A DNA stretch of 20,000 nucleotides, taken from IMG/VR virus record IMGVR_UViG_2540341247_000004; one strand, given 5' to 3'. This document shows, piece by piece, positions 1-7,871 of the stretch. The translations under genes and the position numbers were made by a program. The notes beneath the pieces are model-generated. The model was given only the letters and a program-made list of their open reading frames with translations, did no database searches and was not told the origin of the DNA. Numbering within the stretch: the first letter of the stretch is position 1; each line of letters opens with the position of its first letter. This stretch comes from an uncultured virus (IMG/VR IMGVR_UViG_2540341247_000004) (taxonomy: Duplodnaviria; Heunggongvirae; Uroviricota; Caudoviricetes).

Positions 1-10
1 TGACACGATT

Positions 11-39
11 AAACCGCGCCGCATTGGCGCGGTTTTTTT
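11..39 (+). terminator. Intrinsic terminator immediately upstream of the tandem array
   Basis: Perfect 10-bp stem AAACCGCGCC-gcatt-GGCGCGGTTT ending in a run of seven T. Confidence 0.85.
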
Positions 40-41
40 AT

Positions 42-862
42 GCCCTGCGTCCAGATCGCCACCAGCTGCACCAGCTGCCCGGCCCTGCGTCCAGATCGCC
101 ACCAGCTGCACCAGCTGCCCGGCCCTGCGTCCAGATCGCCACCAGCTGCACCAGCTGCCCGGCCCTGCGTCCAGTCGCCACCAGCTGCACCAGCTGCCCG
201 GCCCTGCGTCCAGTCGCCACCAGCTGCACCAGCTGCCCGGCCCTGCGTCCAGTCGCCACCAGCTGCACCAGCTGCCCGGCCCTGCGTCCAGTCGCCACCA
301 GCTGCACCAGCTGCCCGGCCCTGCGTCCAGATCGCCACCAGTCGCGCCGCTGCCCGGCCCTGCGTCCAGTCGCCACCAGCTGCACCAGCTGCCCGGCCCT
401 GCGTCCAGTCGCCACCAGTCGCGCCGCTGCCCGGCCCTGCGTCCAGATCGCCACCAGCTGCACCAGCTGCCCGGCCCTGCGTCCAGTCGCCACCAGTCGC
501 GCCGCTGCCCGGCCCTGCGTCCAGATCGCCACCAGCTGCACCAGCTGCCCGGCCCTGCGTCCAGTCGCCACCAGCTGCACCAGCTGCCCGGCCCTGCGTC
601 CAGTCGCCACCAGTCGCGCCGCTGCCCGGCCCTGCGTCCAGTCGCCACCAGCTGCACCAGCTGCCCGGCCCTGCGTCCAGTCGCCACCAGCTGCACCAGC
701 TGCCCGGCCCTGCGTCCAGTCGCCACCAGCTGCACCAGCTGCCCGGCCCTGCGTCCAGTCGCCACCAGCTGCACCAGCTGCCCGGCCCTGCGTCCAGTCG
801 CCACCAGCTGCACCAGCTGCCCGGCCCTGCGTCCAGTCGCCACCAGCTGCACCAGCTGCCCG
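42..862. repeat. Tandem array of 21 units of 38-40 bp, consensus GCCCTGCGTCCAG(A)TCGCCACCAGCTGCACCAGCTGCCCG
   Basis: Counted directly. Variants are a 39-bp standard unit, a 40-bp unit with an extra A that creates GATC, a 38-bp unit with CCAGTCGCGCCGCTG, and one hybrid. No unique spacers. Confidence 0.97.
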
Positions 863-989
863 GACATTGTGCCCTGACATTGCGTTGCATGATGCAAGCA
901 AGGCTATCATGCGCTTTGACACATGATCTGACACATGGAAACACGGAAAAATCGTTGCTTTTCAATGGGTTGCCGGTCGCGGTGGCTTT

Positions 990-1061
990 GGGTCCCTCTT
1001 GCGCCTGGCCGCAGGGGGCGGGGACGCGGAACCCCGAATCTCGCGCAATTTGAAACTTTCC
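990..1061 (+). other. Candidate lambda-like cos packaging site (cosQ-like GGGTCCC 990-996; cosN-like dyad 1019-1036)
   Basis: GGGTCCC resembles lambda cosQ GGGTCCT. About 25 bp later is the dyad CGGGG-ACGCGGAA-CCCCG, then TTTGAAACTTTCC, similar to the AT-rich stretch right of lambda cosN. An IHF-like TTTCAATGGGTTG lies at 960-972. Confidence 0.6.
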
Positions 1062-1095
1062 TCAATAAAACAGCAATGATTATGAGGTTGGACTC

Positions 1096-1144
1096 ATGTA
1101 AATAGGCTTAACATAGTATTTTAGTATGTAAATAGGCTTAACAT
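1096..1144. repeat. Two perfect 19-bp direct repeats ATGTAAATAGGCTTAACAT (1096-1114, 1126-1144)
   Basis: Exact copies with starts 30 bp apart; each is an imperfect palindrome; AT-rich non-coding context. Confidence 0.9.
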
Positions 1145-1435
1145 CGACCTGCCGAGGCGTTTCCTGCAAAAACCCCCTAAATTTGGTCGGATCTCTTGAA
1201 TAGTCACAGATTGACTATTTTGGAACAAAAAAAGGGGACCATCCGAAGATGGCCCCGAGTTGACTGCGCGCCGTATCGCGCCATTGCCTACAGCAAGAAA
1301 CCCCCTTCTACCGCGAATCTTTTTCACGGTCAACGTGCTTCTCACACCTTGGTCAAGGCTGGACTGGGACAGCAGATCGCACCTGGCGCAAAGCCTAGCT
1401 GTCGCATCATGCGATATTTCGCATTTCCTCGGATT

Positions 1436-1789
1436 TGTTACAGGAGTTACAGGATTTTCAAGGCTGTAACACAAGGCTGTAACAAGTTAAGTCCTTGTTT
1501 TTTTTGATTTTTCTTTAATTTGTTACAGGTGTTACAGGAATCTCTTAGAGAGTATAGAGAAATAGGGGAAAAGTGAAAATCGGAAGGGGGAATAGGAAAT
1601 AGGGCTAAAGCCATCATACAACTGGTCATAGCATGGTGATGAACAGGTGCATCGGGGAAGCCCGTATCGTGTAGAGACATAAGAGATTCCTGTAACACCT
1701 GTAACATCTCAGAATTTTCTTTTAGTTACATACACTTACGCTGTTACAGCCTTTGTTACAGCCTTGTTACAGGATTCAAAGCTGTAACA
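1436..1789. repeat. Cluster of 13 (T)GTTACA/TGTAACA motifs with a perfect 27-bp inverted repeat; candidate replication origin
   Basis: TGTTACAGGTGTTACAGGAATCTCTTA (1521-1547) is the exact reverse complement of 1680-1706. Outer arms GGCTGTAACA x2 and TGTTACAGCC x2. AT-rich tract at about 1486-1520. Lies downstream of the primase-helicase gene. Confidence 0.75.
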
Positions 1790-1909
1790 CTCCCTACGCG
1801 ATCATCGGACACAGCGCATCATGCGCCCTGTCGCATCATCGCCTACGTTGCATCATACAACCATTTCAATCTTCGTTTGTGTTACATCATTGCGTGTGTG
1901 TTATTTCAC

Positions 1910-1938
1910 TTGAAATGTGAAACATGCGATCATAGTAT
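1910..1938 (+). promoter_or_regulatory. Putative sigma70-type promoter for the 1970 ORF
   Basis: TTGAAA-N17-TAGTAT, overlapped by the palindrome TTTCAC-N7-GTGAAA (1904-1922). Confidence 0.5.
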
Positions 1939-1969
1939 ATGTCTCATCTTCAACAGAAAGGATTCTGAC

Positions 1970-2425
1970 ATGAAACCTCACGCGAAACCCCGCAGCCGAG
2001 CCATATTGGCCCTGATGACACTGGCAGGGATGGATGAAAAGAAGCCGAATCCGGCTATCGAAACCCCTTCCGCCGACCGTGCGAGGCCGCTTTTCATGGC
2101 ACTGGAAGGCGTCGTTATGGCCGCGATCCCCGGACCGAGAAGCGAGGCCCTGGTTACTCAGGCGGAGCTCGCACGGCGCTTGGACGTGCCCAAACTCGTC
2201 GTCGGTGCCATTGTCAAAGTGCTGGAACAGGATGGCCGGGTGCAGCGCTACCCGAGTTTCCGCGAGGATGACGGCCTTATCTGCGGAACCGGCTATCAAC
2301 GGGTATCGGACGGCCCGCTGATCGGCTCCGTCCCCGGCGCAGATGCGGGCGCGGCAGAGGTATGGGAAGACAAATGGGGGAAAGAGACCGGGGGAGCCTG
2401 GTGGTCGAAGGGGTCGAAGACATGA
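1970..2425 (+). CDS. Phage winged helix-turn-helix protein (151 aa)
   Basis: ATG at 1970 preceded by AAGGA (1958-1962). Segment VTQAELARRLDVPKLVVGAIVKVLEQDGRVQR fits a wHTH pattern. Confidence 0.7.
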   Translation: MKPHAKPRSRAILALMTLAGMDEKKPNPAIETPSADRARPLFMALEGVVMAAIPGPRSEALVTQAELARRLDVPKLVVGAIVKVLEQDGRVQRYPSFREDDGLICGTGYQRVSDGPLIGSVPGADAGAAEVWEDKWGKETGGAWWSKGSKT

Positions 2426-2460
2426 AAGGGTTTCAAGTGATCTGACCTGAACCCCAGACC

Positions 2461-2491
2461 AAAGAAAAGGGCCGCTAATGCGGCCCTTCTT
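2461..2491. terminator. Probably bidirectional terminator between convergent genes
   Basis: Stem AAGGGCCGC-taat-GCGGCCCTT with an A-rich left flank (U-tail on the minus strand) and a pyrimidine right flank. Confidence 0.75.
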
Positions 2492-5016
2492 CATTTCGGA
2501 ACGATGCGGTCAAACATCCTCTGGATGCCGTGGACCTTGTGCCGCCTGGGCTTCGGGTCGGGCATCCAGCCACTGAGCATCCGCAGTGCCCTGCCAACGA
2601 GCTGTGCGTTGCGCTGGTCAAGCAGACTGGCGTCCCTGCCCAGGCACTCGACCCAGATTTCTCTGATGCAGGTTTCATTTCTGTATTCAGGGCCGACGCC
2701 ATCGATATCGGAGAAGTCCGCGCCCACGGGCAGATCAAGCCAATGCTCGATTTGCCCAGCCAACATTTCTTCGGCGCTTTCCACGCGGCGGCTTTCTTGG
2801 AACAACCGGGCTTCTTCGATCGCCTGCGGATCGGTCATGTAAAGCGGCAGGTAGTCGCCGTGTTCCTTGTGCAGCGCGCGGAACATAACCACCGCTTCGG
2901 CCCAAATCTGCTGAATGTTCCTGGACAGCGTGTCAATGTCGATTGGCTCAGTGCGGTTGACCCTGATAGGCCAGAAGCGCCTGCCGCCGGTGTTGTCGCG
3001 CAGATACGTGTCTTCGTTGGTGGAACCGATGAAGACCTGTTGCCGTGGGAAGACCCTGGGACGCTTGTCGTAGGCCAGGCGTCGCTTGTCGTGCGTCCGT
3101 GATATGAACCCTTTGAGGATGTTGCCGTCGGCCTTCGAGTGGCCTTGCAGTTCCGGCATTTCCAGAATCCATGATCCTTCCATGCTTTCGATCATCCGGT
3201 TCGGGTCGTGGAAGTCGGCAGCCAATTCCCCCGTCCACTCGCCGCCCAGCACGGCGATGAAGGTGGACTTCCTGATCCCCTGGGTGCCTTCGAGGATCGG
3301 GACGAAATCAAACTTGCAGCCCGGAATGAAAATGCGCGCGACCGCACCGATCAGGAACAACCTCGCCGCCTCATGGTGATAGGGCGTGTCCGGGCACCCC
3401 AGATAGTCGATGAACAGCCGGGTCATGCGAGGCACCCGGTCCCATTCGATCTGATTCAGGAAGTCCTGAACGGGATGAAATGTGTTCTCAAGCGACGCCT
3501 CGATTACAGCGGCTTTTAGGTCGCGGTCAGTGACCTTCATGGCGTATCCGCCCTGCCGGATAGGCGCTTCAATGAACCGTCTGACCCCTACATCATGGTC
3601 ATCGGTCCAAAGATCGCCGTTAACCTCATCCTTCACGTCCCAGATTGACTTGCTGAGTTGGACGACGGGCTTCGGGCTTTCCTTTTTCAACTTCGCCACA
3701 CCGGGCTTCTGGATCAGAACGATCTGCTCACTGAACAGGTTCTTGCCGAGAACGCCGCATGTTCGAACGTCGTTGCGCAGGACCAGGCAAGTGTTGGGCA
3801 TGGTGTTTGCATACCCGTCACCGTCCTTGTTCACCTGCATGCAACTGCGCCACTCATCCATAGGTTCGAGCTGTCTACGGGTGACGCGGATGTCCTTCTG
3901 CGCAGGTTGATCGACGCCAAGAAGGTCCAGTAGCGGGTCCGATCCGACCGGCACCAGAGCTACCCCTTCCGGTGGCAGGTCAAGGAGGTCTTCAAACTCA
4001 CCTTGCGATGAAAAATCGTCCTCATCGAACGACAAATCACCTTCCAGACGATGCCGGTTTGCAGCCTGAATAAGCGATGCCATCGTGACTGGGTTCTTGG
4101 ACCCCTTGAACGAATTCCACACCACCAGCTGGTTCTTGGCGTCGAATTTCTCTGACCGCCTCGACCACTCGCACCATCTTTCATACCCGTCTTCACCACC
4201 TTCGAACTGGTGACTGAGGGCCTGGCCGACGCGCAACCACTCGTCGCGGTCATCAACCCAGTCTTCCGGCAGATCACGCAGGACGCGGGAAACATCGTCT
4301 TCCTCAAGGTCCAGCTTTCGCTTTCGGACCTCCGACATCAGCCACTCGCCGTCGTCTTCGTCGTCCTCAAGCGATCCAGTATCGGCCTTGATACCCCACG
4401 ATTCTACCAGTGAGGCGGGCACCGTAGGCCCTATTCCGAGATCCACCATCGTCAGATCAAGAGGGGTCTCCCATCGGTAGGGTTGACCTGTATCCGGGTG
4501 GATCGAAGGAGGTATGACGGCCTGTTTTCCTGTGCCGAATAGTTCGATCTCCCAGTCGTTCTTCTTGACCTCACGACCCTTGGTTTCGTCCCATACCATC
4601 TTGAAGGTTTTCGACTTCGCCAGCTTGCGAGACCGGAACGGCATGTCTGTGATGAAATAGAAGTGCCTCGACTCGCCGCCCGATCCGCTGATGACCGTCG
4701 GGAACGCCTCGAAACCCGGCCAGATGGACCGGAGATAGTCGCGACAATCCCCTGCCATCGCGGGGTCGCGGATATCGAGGTCTATGAGGTAGATGAAGCC
4801 GAGGTTCGTCTTCGAAAACTCGCCCAGGCGGATGCCCACATTGGCCCCGCTTCTGTAGTTCCCTCGCAAATCTTCAAGTGTGTTGCGTCCGAGTTCTGAC
4901 CAGTTTTCGGCAATCGGAGCTTTGCTTTGCGGCCTCAACCAATGGAGGGCCGCCCCGCCTTTGACGAGCGGTTCAATGGACTTGAACGCCTCATCACGGG
5001 ACAGTGAATTCGCCAT
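2491..5016 (-). CDS. Primase-polymerase (Prim-Pol) + PriCT-2 + VapE-like P-loop helicase, 841 aa
   Basis: N-terminal ANVGIRLG, IDLD, SGSGG..RHFYF and VIPPSIHPDTG..YRW; PriCT-2-like DRDEWLRVGQAL..WCEWSRRSEKF; VapE-like GCKFD..ILEGTQGIRKST and GSTNEDTYLRDNTGGRRFWPI. Confidence 0.9.
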   Translation of the reverse strand: MANSLSRDEAFKSIEPLVKGGAALHWLRPQSKAPIAENWSELGRNTLEDLRGNYRSGANVGIRLGEFSKTNLGFIYLIDLDIRDPAMAGDCRDYLRSIWPGFEAFPTVISGSGGESRHFYFITDMPFRSRKLAKSKTFKMVWDETKGREVKKNDWEIELFGTGKQAVIPPSIHPDTGQPYRWETPLDLTMVDLGIGPTVPASLVESWGIKADTGSLEDDEDDGEWLMSEVRKRKLDLEEDDVSRVLRDLPEDWVDDRDEWLRVGQALSHQFEGGEDGYERWCEWSRRSEKFDAKNQLVVWNSFKGSKNPVTMASLIQAANRHRLEGDLSFDEDDFSSQGEFEDLLDLPPEGVALVPVGSDPLLDLLGVDQPAQKDIRVTRRQLEPMDEWRSCMQVNKDGDGYANTMPNTCLVLRNDVRTCGVLGKNLFSEQIVLIQKPGVAKLKKESPKPVVQLSKSIWDVKDEVNGDLWTDDHDVGVRRFIEAPIRQGGYAMKVTDRDLKAAVIEASLENTFHPVQDFLNQIEWDRVPRMTRLFIDYLGCPDTPYHHEAARLFLIGAVARIFIPGCKFDFVPILEGTQGIRKSTFIAVLGGEWTGELAADFHDPNRMIESMEGSWILEMPELQGHSKADGNILKGFISRTHDKRRLAYDKRPRVFPRQQVFIGSTNEDTYLRDNTGGRRFWPIRVNRTEPIDIDTLSRNIQQIWAEAVVMFRALHKEHGDYLPLYMTDPQAIEEARLFQESRRVESAEEMLAGQIEHWLDLPVGADFSDIDGVGPEYRNETCIREIWVECLGRDASLLDQRNAQLVGRALRMLSGWMPDPKPRRHKVHGIQRMFDRIVPK

Positions 5017-5028
5017 GTGATTCCCCGA

Positions 5029-5367
5029 TCAGATGCCAGTGAACCGGGCGATTTCATCCTGTGAAATAAGGGGTTCGGCATCCTTGCTGGGACGTGACAT
5101 TTCGCGGATCGCCCGCGCAGCCTTGGGGGACAGGTTTTCTGCCCGGAACCAGCGGTAGACTGTGTAGCGCGCAACTCCCGCCCGCCTGGACATTTCCAGC
5201 GTGTCGATCCGCCCGCCGCTCACAAGCCCTTGGATCTCCGAGAACTTCGGACAGAGGAATCGGTGCAGATCAGTGTCCCAGTAGGCGCTTTCGGTGCGGT
5301 CGCGAGGAAGCCGGGTTTTTTTCTGTTCTCTTTTGGCGGCCATCTGATGATCCAATCGCGATTTCAT
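5029..5367 (-). CDS. Small HTH (Cro-like) DNA-binding protein heading the primase operon
   Basis: TLEMSRRAGVARYTVYRWF is an HTH pattern. It stops 12 bp before the primase start and is divergent from the rightward operon. Confidence 0.7.
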   Translation of the reverse strand: MKSRLDHQMAAKREQKKTRLPRDRTESAYWDTDLHRFLCPKFSEIQGLVSGGRIDTLEMSRRAGVARYTVYRWFRAENLSPKAARAIREMSRPSKDAEPLISQDEIARFTGI

Positions 5368-5536
5368 GGTGTTTCCCTTGCGGTTCGACCTGAGCTTACG
5401 GACTTATGCGACCAGAATCAACTAATCTGTGAAAGTTCGCACATTTTGTGTTGAGTTTAATTGCGTCCTGTGGAATAAACGTGACTGTTACAGAAAAGGT
5501 GAAACCTCATCACCCCGCCCAAGGAGACCCTGGCAC

Positions 5537-6025
5537 ATGGCACTTGAAGACAAACTCGTTGAACTGATTGACGCGCTGAACCGCAACACCGCCGTCACCG
5601 AAAACCTGATGAATCTGCGCGCGCAGACAATCGAGGAAATCAAGGGCGCGGCCAAGCCGGCCACCAAATCGACGGAAAAAACCCCGACGACTTCGGACAC
5701 CCCCAAGCCGAACATCAGCGAGACGCCCGAGGATCGCAAGGACCCGGAAACCGGCGGCTCCGATCCGTATGAGAACCTGGGGAAGGTCATCAGCGAATTC
5801 GTCGGCATGGATGACAACGCCGAACTGCGCGACGAACGTGCCGCAATCGTGAAGAAGCTGTTCGGCCATGACAAGATCAAGGCGGCCAACCACAAGGAAG
5901 TGCCCGAACCGATGATCCCCGTCGTGATCGCCAACATCGAAAAGGTGGCCCCGGACTTCAAGAAGAAGTCGGACGCTGCGAAAGCGGCCACCACGACCGG
6001 CTCCGACGATCTTCTGGGAGGCTGA
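5537..6025 (+). CDS. Phage hypothetical protein (162 aa) with low-complexity linker and DDLLGG tail
   Basis: ATG at 5537 after AAGGAG (5521-5526); strong GC3 codon bias; first gene of the rightward operon. Confidence 0.8.
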   Translation: MALEDKLVELIDALNRNTAVTENLMNLRAQTIEEIKGAAKPATKSTEKTPTTSDTPKPNISETPEDRKDPETGGSDPYENLGKVISEFVGMDDNAELRDERAAIVKKLFGHDKIKAANHKEVPEPMIPVVIANIEKVAPDFKKKSDAAKAATTTGSDDLLGG

Positions 6026-6027
6026 CC

Positions 6028-6330
6028 ATGGCGGCCGCAATCTCAAGGCAGGTTCGACGCGCGGAAGAACGCCGCGCGTCGAAGCCCGCCCCCGGCCATA
6101 TCGCGCTGACATCCCGGCGTCACATGGCCGTTCGCACCAAGGGTCGTGCCTTCCGTCGCATGATTCTGGTTGACCTGGTGGAAACCAACATCGGCCTGCC
6201 GAACACCTTCGTCCTTCGGCATCCGACACGCAAGACAGGGGAAAAGCGCATGTCTGCAACCCCTGAACTGCTTTCCACTTTCTTCCCGTCCCTGCCCCCG
6301 GAGCTCTTTCGCTATCACCTGGGCGCGTAA
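6028..6330 (+). CDS. Hypothetical protein (100 aa)
   Basis: Starts 2 bp after the upstream stop, with GGAGG upstream; no recognisable motif. Confidence 0.65.
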   Translation: MAAAISRQVRRAEERRASKPAPGHIALTSRRHMAVRTKGRAFRRMILVDLVETNIGLPNTFVLRHPTRKTGEKRMSATPELLSTFFPSLPPELFRYHLGA

Positions 6331-6352
6331 CCTCTGAAAGGAACTGACCACA

Positions 6353-6544
6353 ATGGGTATCACCTTGACCGAAAGCCAGCGCAAGTGGCTTGGCACACTG
6401 ACCACCAAAGGCATCGGCCCGATCCCGATTGCCAGCTACACGAAACTGGCCGAGGCCGGTCTGTGCGAGAAGACCGGCGAAGGCTCCGGGCGGCGCGGCT
6501 TCGTGATGGTCGCGATCACCGAGGCAGGCCGGAACGCCCTTTGA
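6353..6544 (+). CDS. Small hypothetical protein (63 aa), possibly winged-helix-like
   Basis: AAGGA upstream; LTESQRKWL...KLAEAGL...ITEAGRNAL resembles small wHTH phage proteins. Confidence 0.7.
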   Translation: MGITLTESQRKWLGTLTTKGIGPIPIASYTKLAEAGLCEKTGEGSGRRGFVMVAITEAGRNAL

Positions 6545-6568
6545 CCTGAATTCGACCGACCGACTTTT

Positions 6569-6600
6569 AGGGGTGTGGCGATCTACGCCCACCCCTTTTT
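6569..6600 (+). terminator. Intra-operon intrinsic terminator
   Basis: AGGGGTG(t)GGCG-atcta-CGCCCACCCCT with one bulge, followed by a T-run. Confidence 0.65.
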
Positions 6601-6631
6601 ACGCTCATACCAAAAGGTGCTGACCTATTTC

Positions 6632-7855
6632 ATGGCCCATCTATTTGAAGCCATTGCTCATGCAGAAATGGGACCATCCGCCGCTGATCGGTGGATGAAC
6701 TGCACGAAGTCTGTCGAGCTTATACGAGTTTTGAAGCGCCGGGGCGACATACCAGCGCGTGAAACGAGTGAGTTCGCTGCGGAGGGCACAGTAGCCCACC
6801 AAGTCCGCGAAGATGCGTTGAACCTTGGTCTCGATCCTCACGATTTCATCGGCCAGAAGATCACCACCGACGGGTTCACGTTCGAAATAACCGAAGAAAT
6901 GTCCGATCACATTCAACCGGGCGTGGACTGGATTCGTGAGATCCTGCCGCGCTTCGACGTTGAAATTCGTGTCCGTCTTGACCCTTGGTTGCCCAATCAG
7001 TTCGGGACGATGGACACAGGCGGCGTCTTCGGTGACACCCTGGTCGTTTGCGATTTCAAATTCGGCGCAGGTGAACCCGTCGACGCCAAGATGAATCGCC
7101 AGATGCGCCTATATGCCCTTGGATACTGGCATTTCATCGGACGTCCGAAGGTCAAGACCGTCCTGATGGTGATTGACCAGCCGCGCGCAGGGGAGATGAA
7201 ATTCTGGGAAATCTCCCTGGACGAGTTGCTGGAATTCGCAAAGGAAGCGTCCGACAAGTTCCTGCGGATCAAGACGGGTCGAACAGAGTATAAACCGGAC
7301 GTCAAGGGATGCCGCTGGTGCCCCGTGCGTCGGACCCGTGCCGGATGCCCAGCATACAACGAAATGATGCACAAAATCTTCGGTGAAGCCTTTGCCGATG
7401 AATACTTCGACCTGACAGGCGGTCCCTGGTTCACTGATCCCAACCTGATGACACCTGAGAAGCGCGCCCGCGTCGCGCTGTTCGCATCAGACGCCAAGGC
7501 TTGGATCGACAAGGTGGCGGGCGACTCCTTGGCGCAGGCCGTCGAGGGGGACCCCGATCCCGGCACGAAGGCGGTCGTTGGTCGCAACGGCGCAAGATAC
7601 TTCCGAGACGAGAAACGCGCCGCAGAAATCCTGTTTGCTGCGGTGGGCATGGATGCCTTCAAACCCTTGGCGTTGAACGGCATCACCGAGATCGAAAAAC
7701 TGGTCAAGCCCGGTCGCCGGAAGGCGGGTCACCCCGAGGCATGGCAGTTGCTCCAAGAACTTCTCGACCAGAAGCCGGGTTCGCCCGCGCTGGCCCCGGA
7801 AGACGACCCCAGGCGGGCCTATGTGCCCATCGGGGATGAGTTTGAAGACCTGTGA
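6632..7855 (+). CDS. DUF2800-like (PD-(D/E)xK, Cas4/RecB-like) phage exonuclease
   Basis: AHAEMGPSAADRWMNC, AAEGTVAH, FGTMD, VCDFKFGAG, QMRLYALG, DQPR and CRWCP..CP motifs. Start moved to ATG 6632 because the track start overlaps the terminator. Confidence 0.85.
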   Translation: MAHLFEAIAHAEMGPSAADRWMNCTKSVELIRVLKRRGDIPARETSEFAAEGTVAHQVREDALNLGLDPHDFIGQKITTDGFTFEITEEMSDHIQPGVDWIREILPRFDVEIRVRLDPWLPNQFGTMDTGGVFGDTLVVCDFKFGAGEPVDAKMNRQMRLYALGYWHFIGRPKVKTVLMVIDQPRAGEMKFWEISLDELLEFAKEASDKFLRIKTGRTEYKPDVKGCRWCPVRRTRAGCPAYNEMMHKIFGEAFADEYFDLTGGPWFTDPNLMTPEKRARVALFASDAKAWIDKVAGDSLAQAVEGDPDPGTKAVVGRNGARYFRDEKRAAEILFAAVGMDAFKPLALNGITEIEKLVKPGRRKAGHPEAWQLLQELLDQKPGSPALAPEDDPRRAYVPIGDEFEDL

Positions 7856-7871
7856 TCGAAAGGAAAACACC

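Noticed and set aside
42..862. CRISPR array
   Set aside because: Units abut with no unique spacers and there is no cas operon; the DUF2800-like gene is an ordinary phage replication nuclease.
863..937. Short TGACACATG / GACATTG direct repeats after the array
   Set aside because: Present (917-925, 929-937) but too short and too few to support a function on their own.
9..1053. Four long ORFs of about 300 aa across the tandem array
   Set aside because: The repeat unit has no stop codons in any frame, and mixed 38/39/40-bp units shuffle the peptide, so these ORFs are by-products of the repeat.
1096..1144. CtrA boxes in the 19-bp repeats
   Set aside because: Only the TTAAC half-site matches; the TTAA-N7-TTAA spacing is not met.
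1121..1707. Short ORFs in the cos-ori interval
   Set aside because: Alternative starts without a clear RBS, AT-rich repeat-laden DNA and no motifs; better explained as non-coding.
3262..3291. Walker A variant GTQGIRKST as a sign of an inactive helicase
   Set aside because: The catalytic Lys and Ser/Thr and the other VapE motifs are intact; one substitution is not enough evidence.
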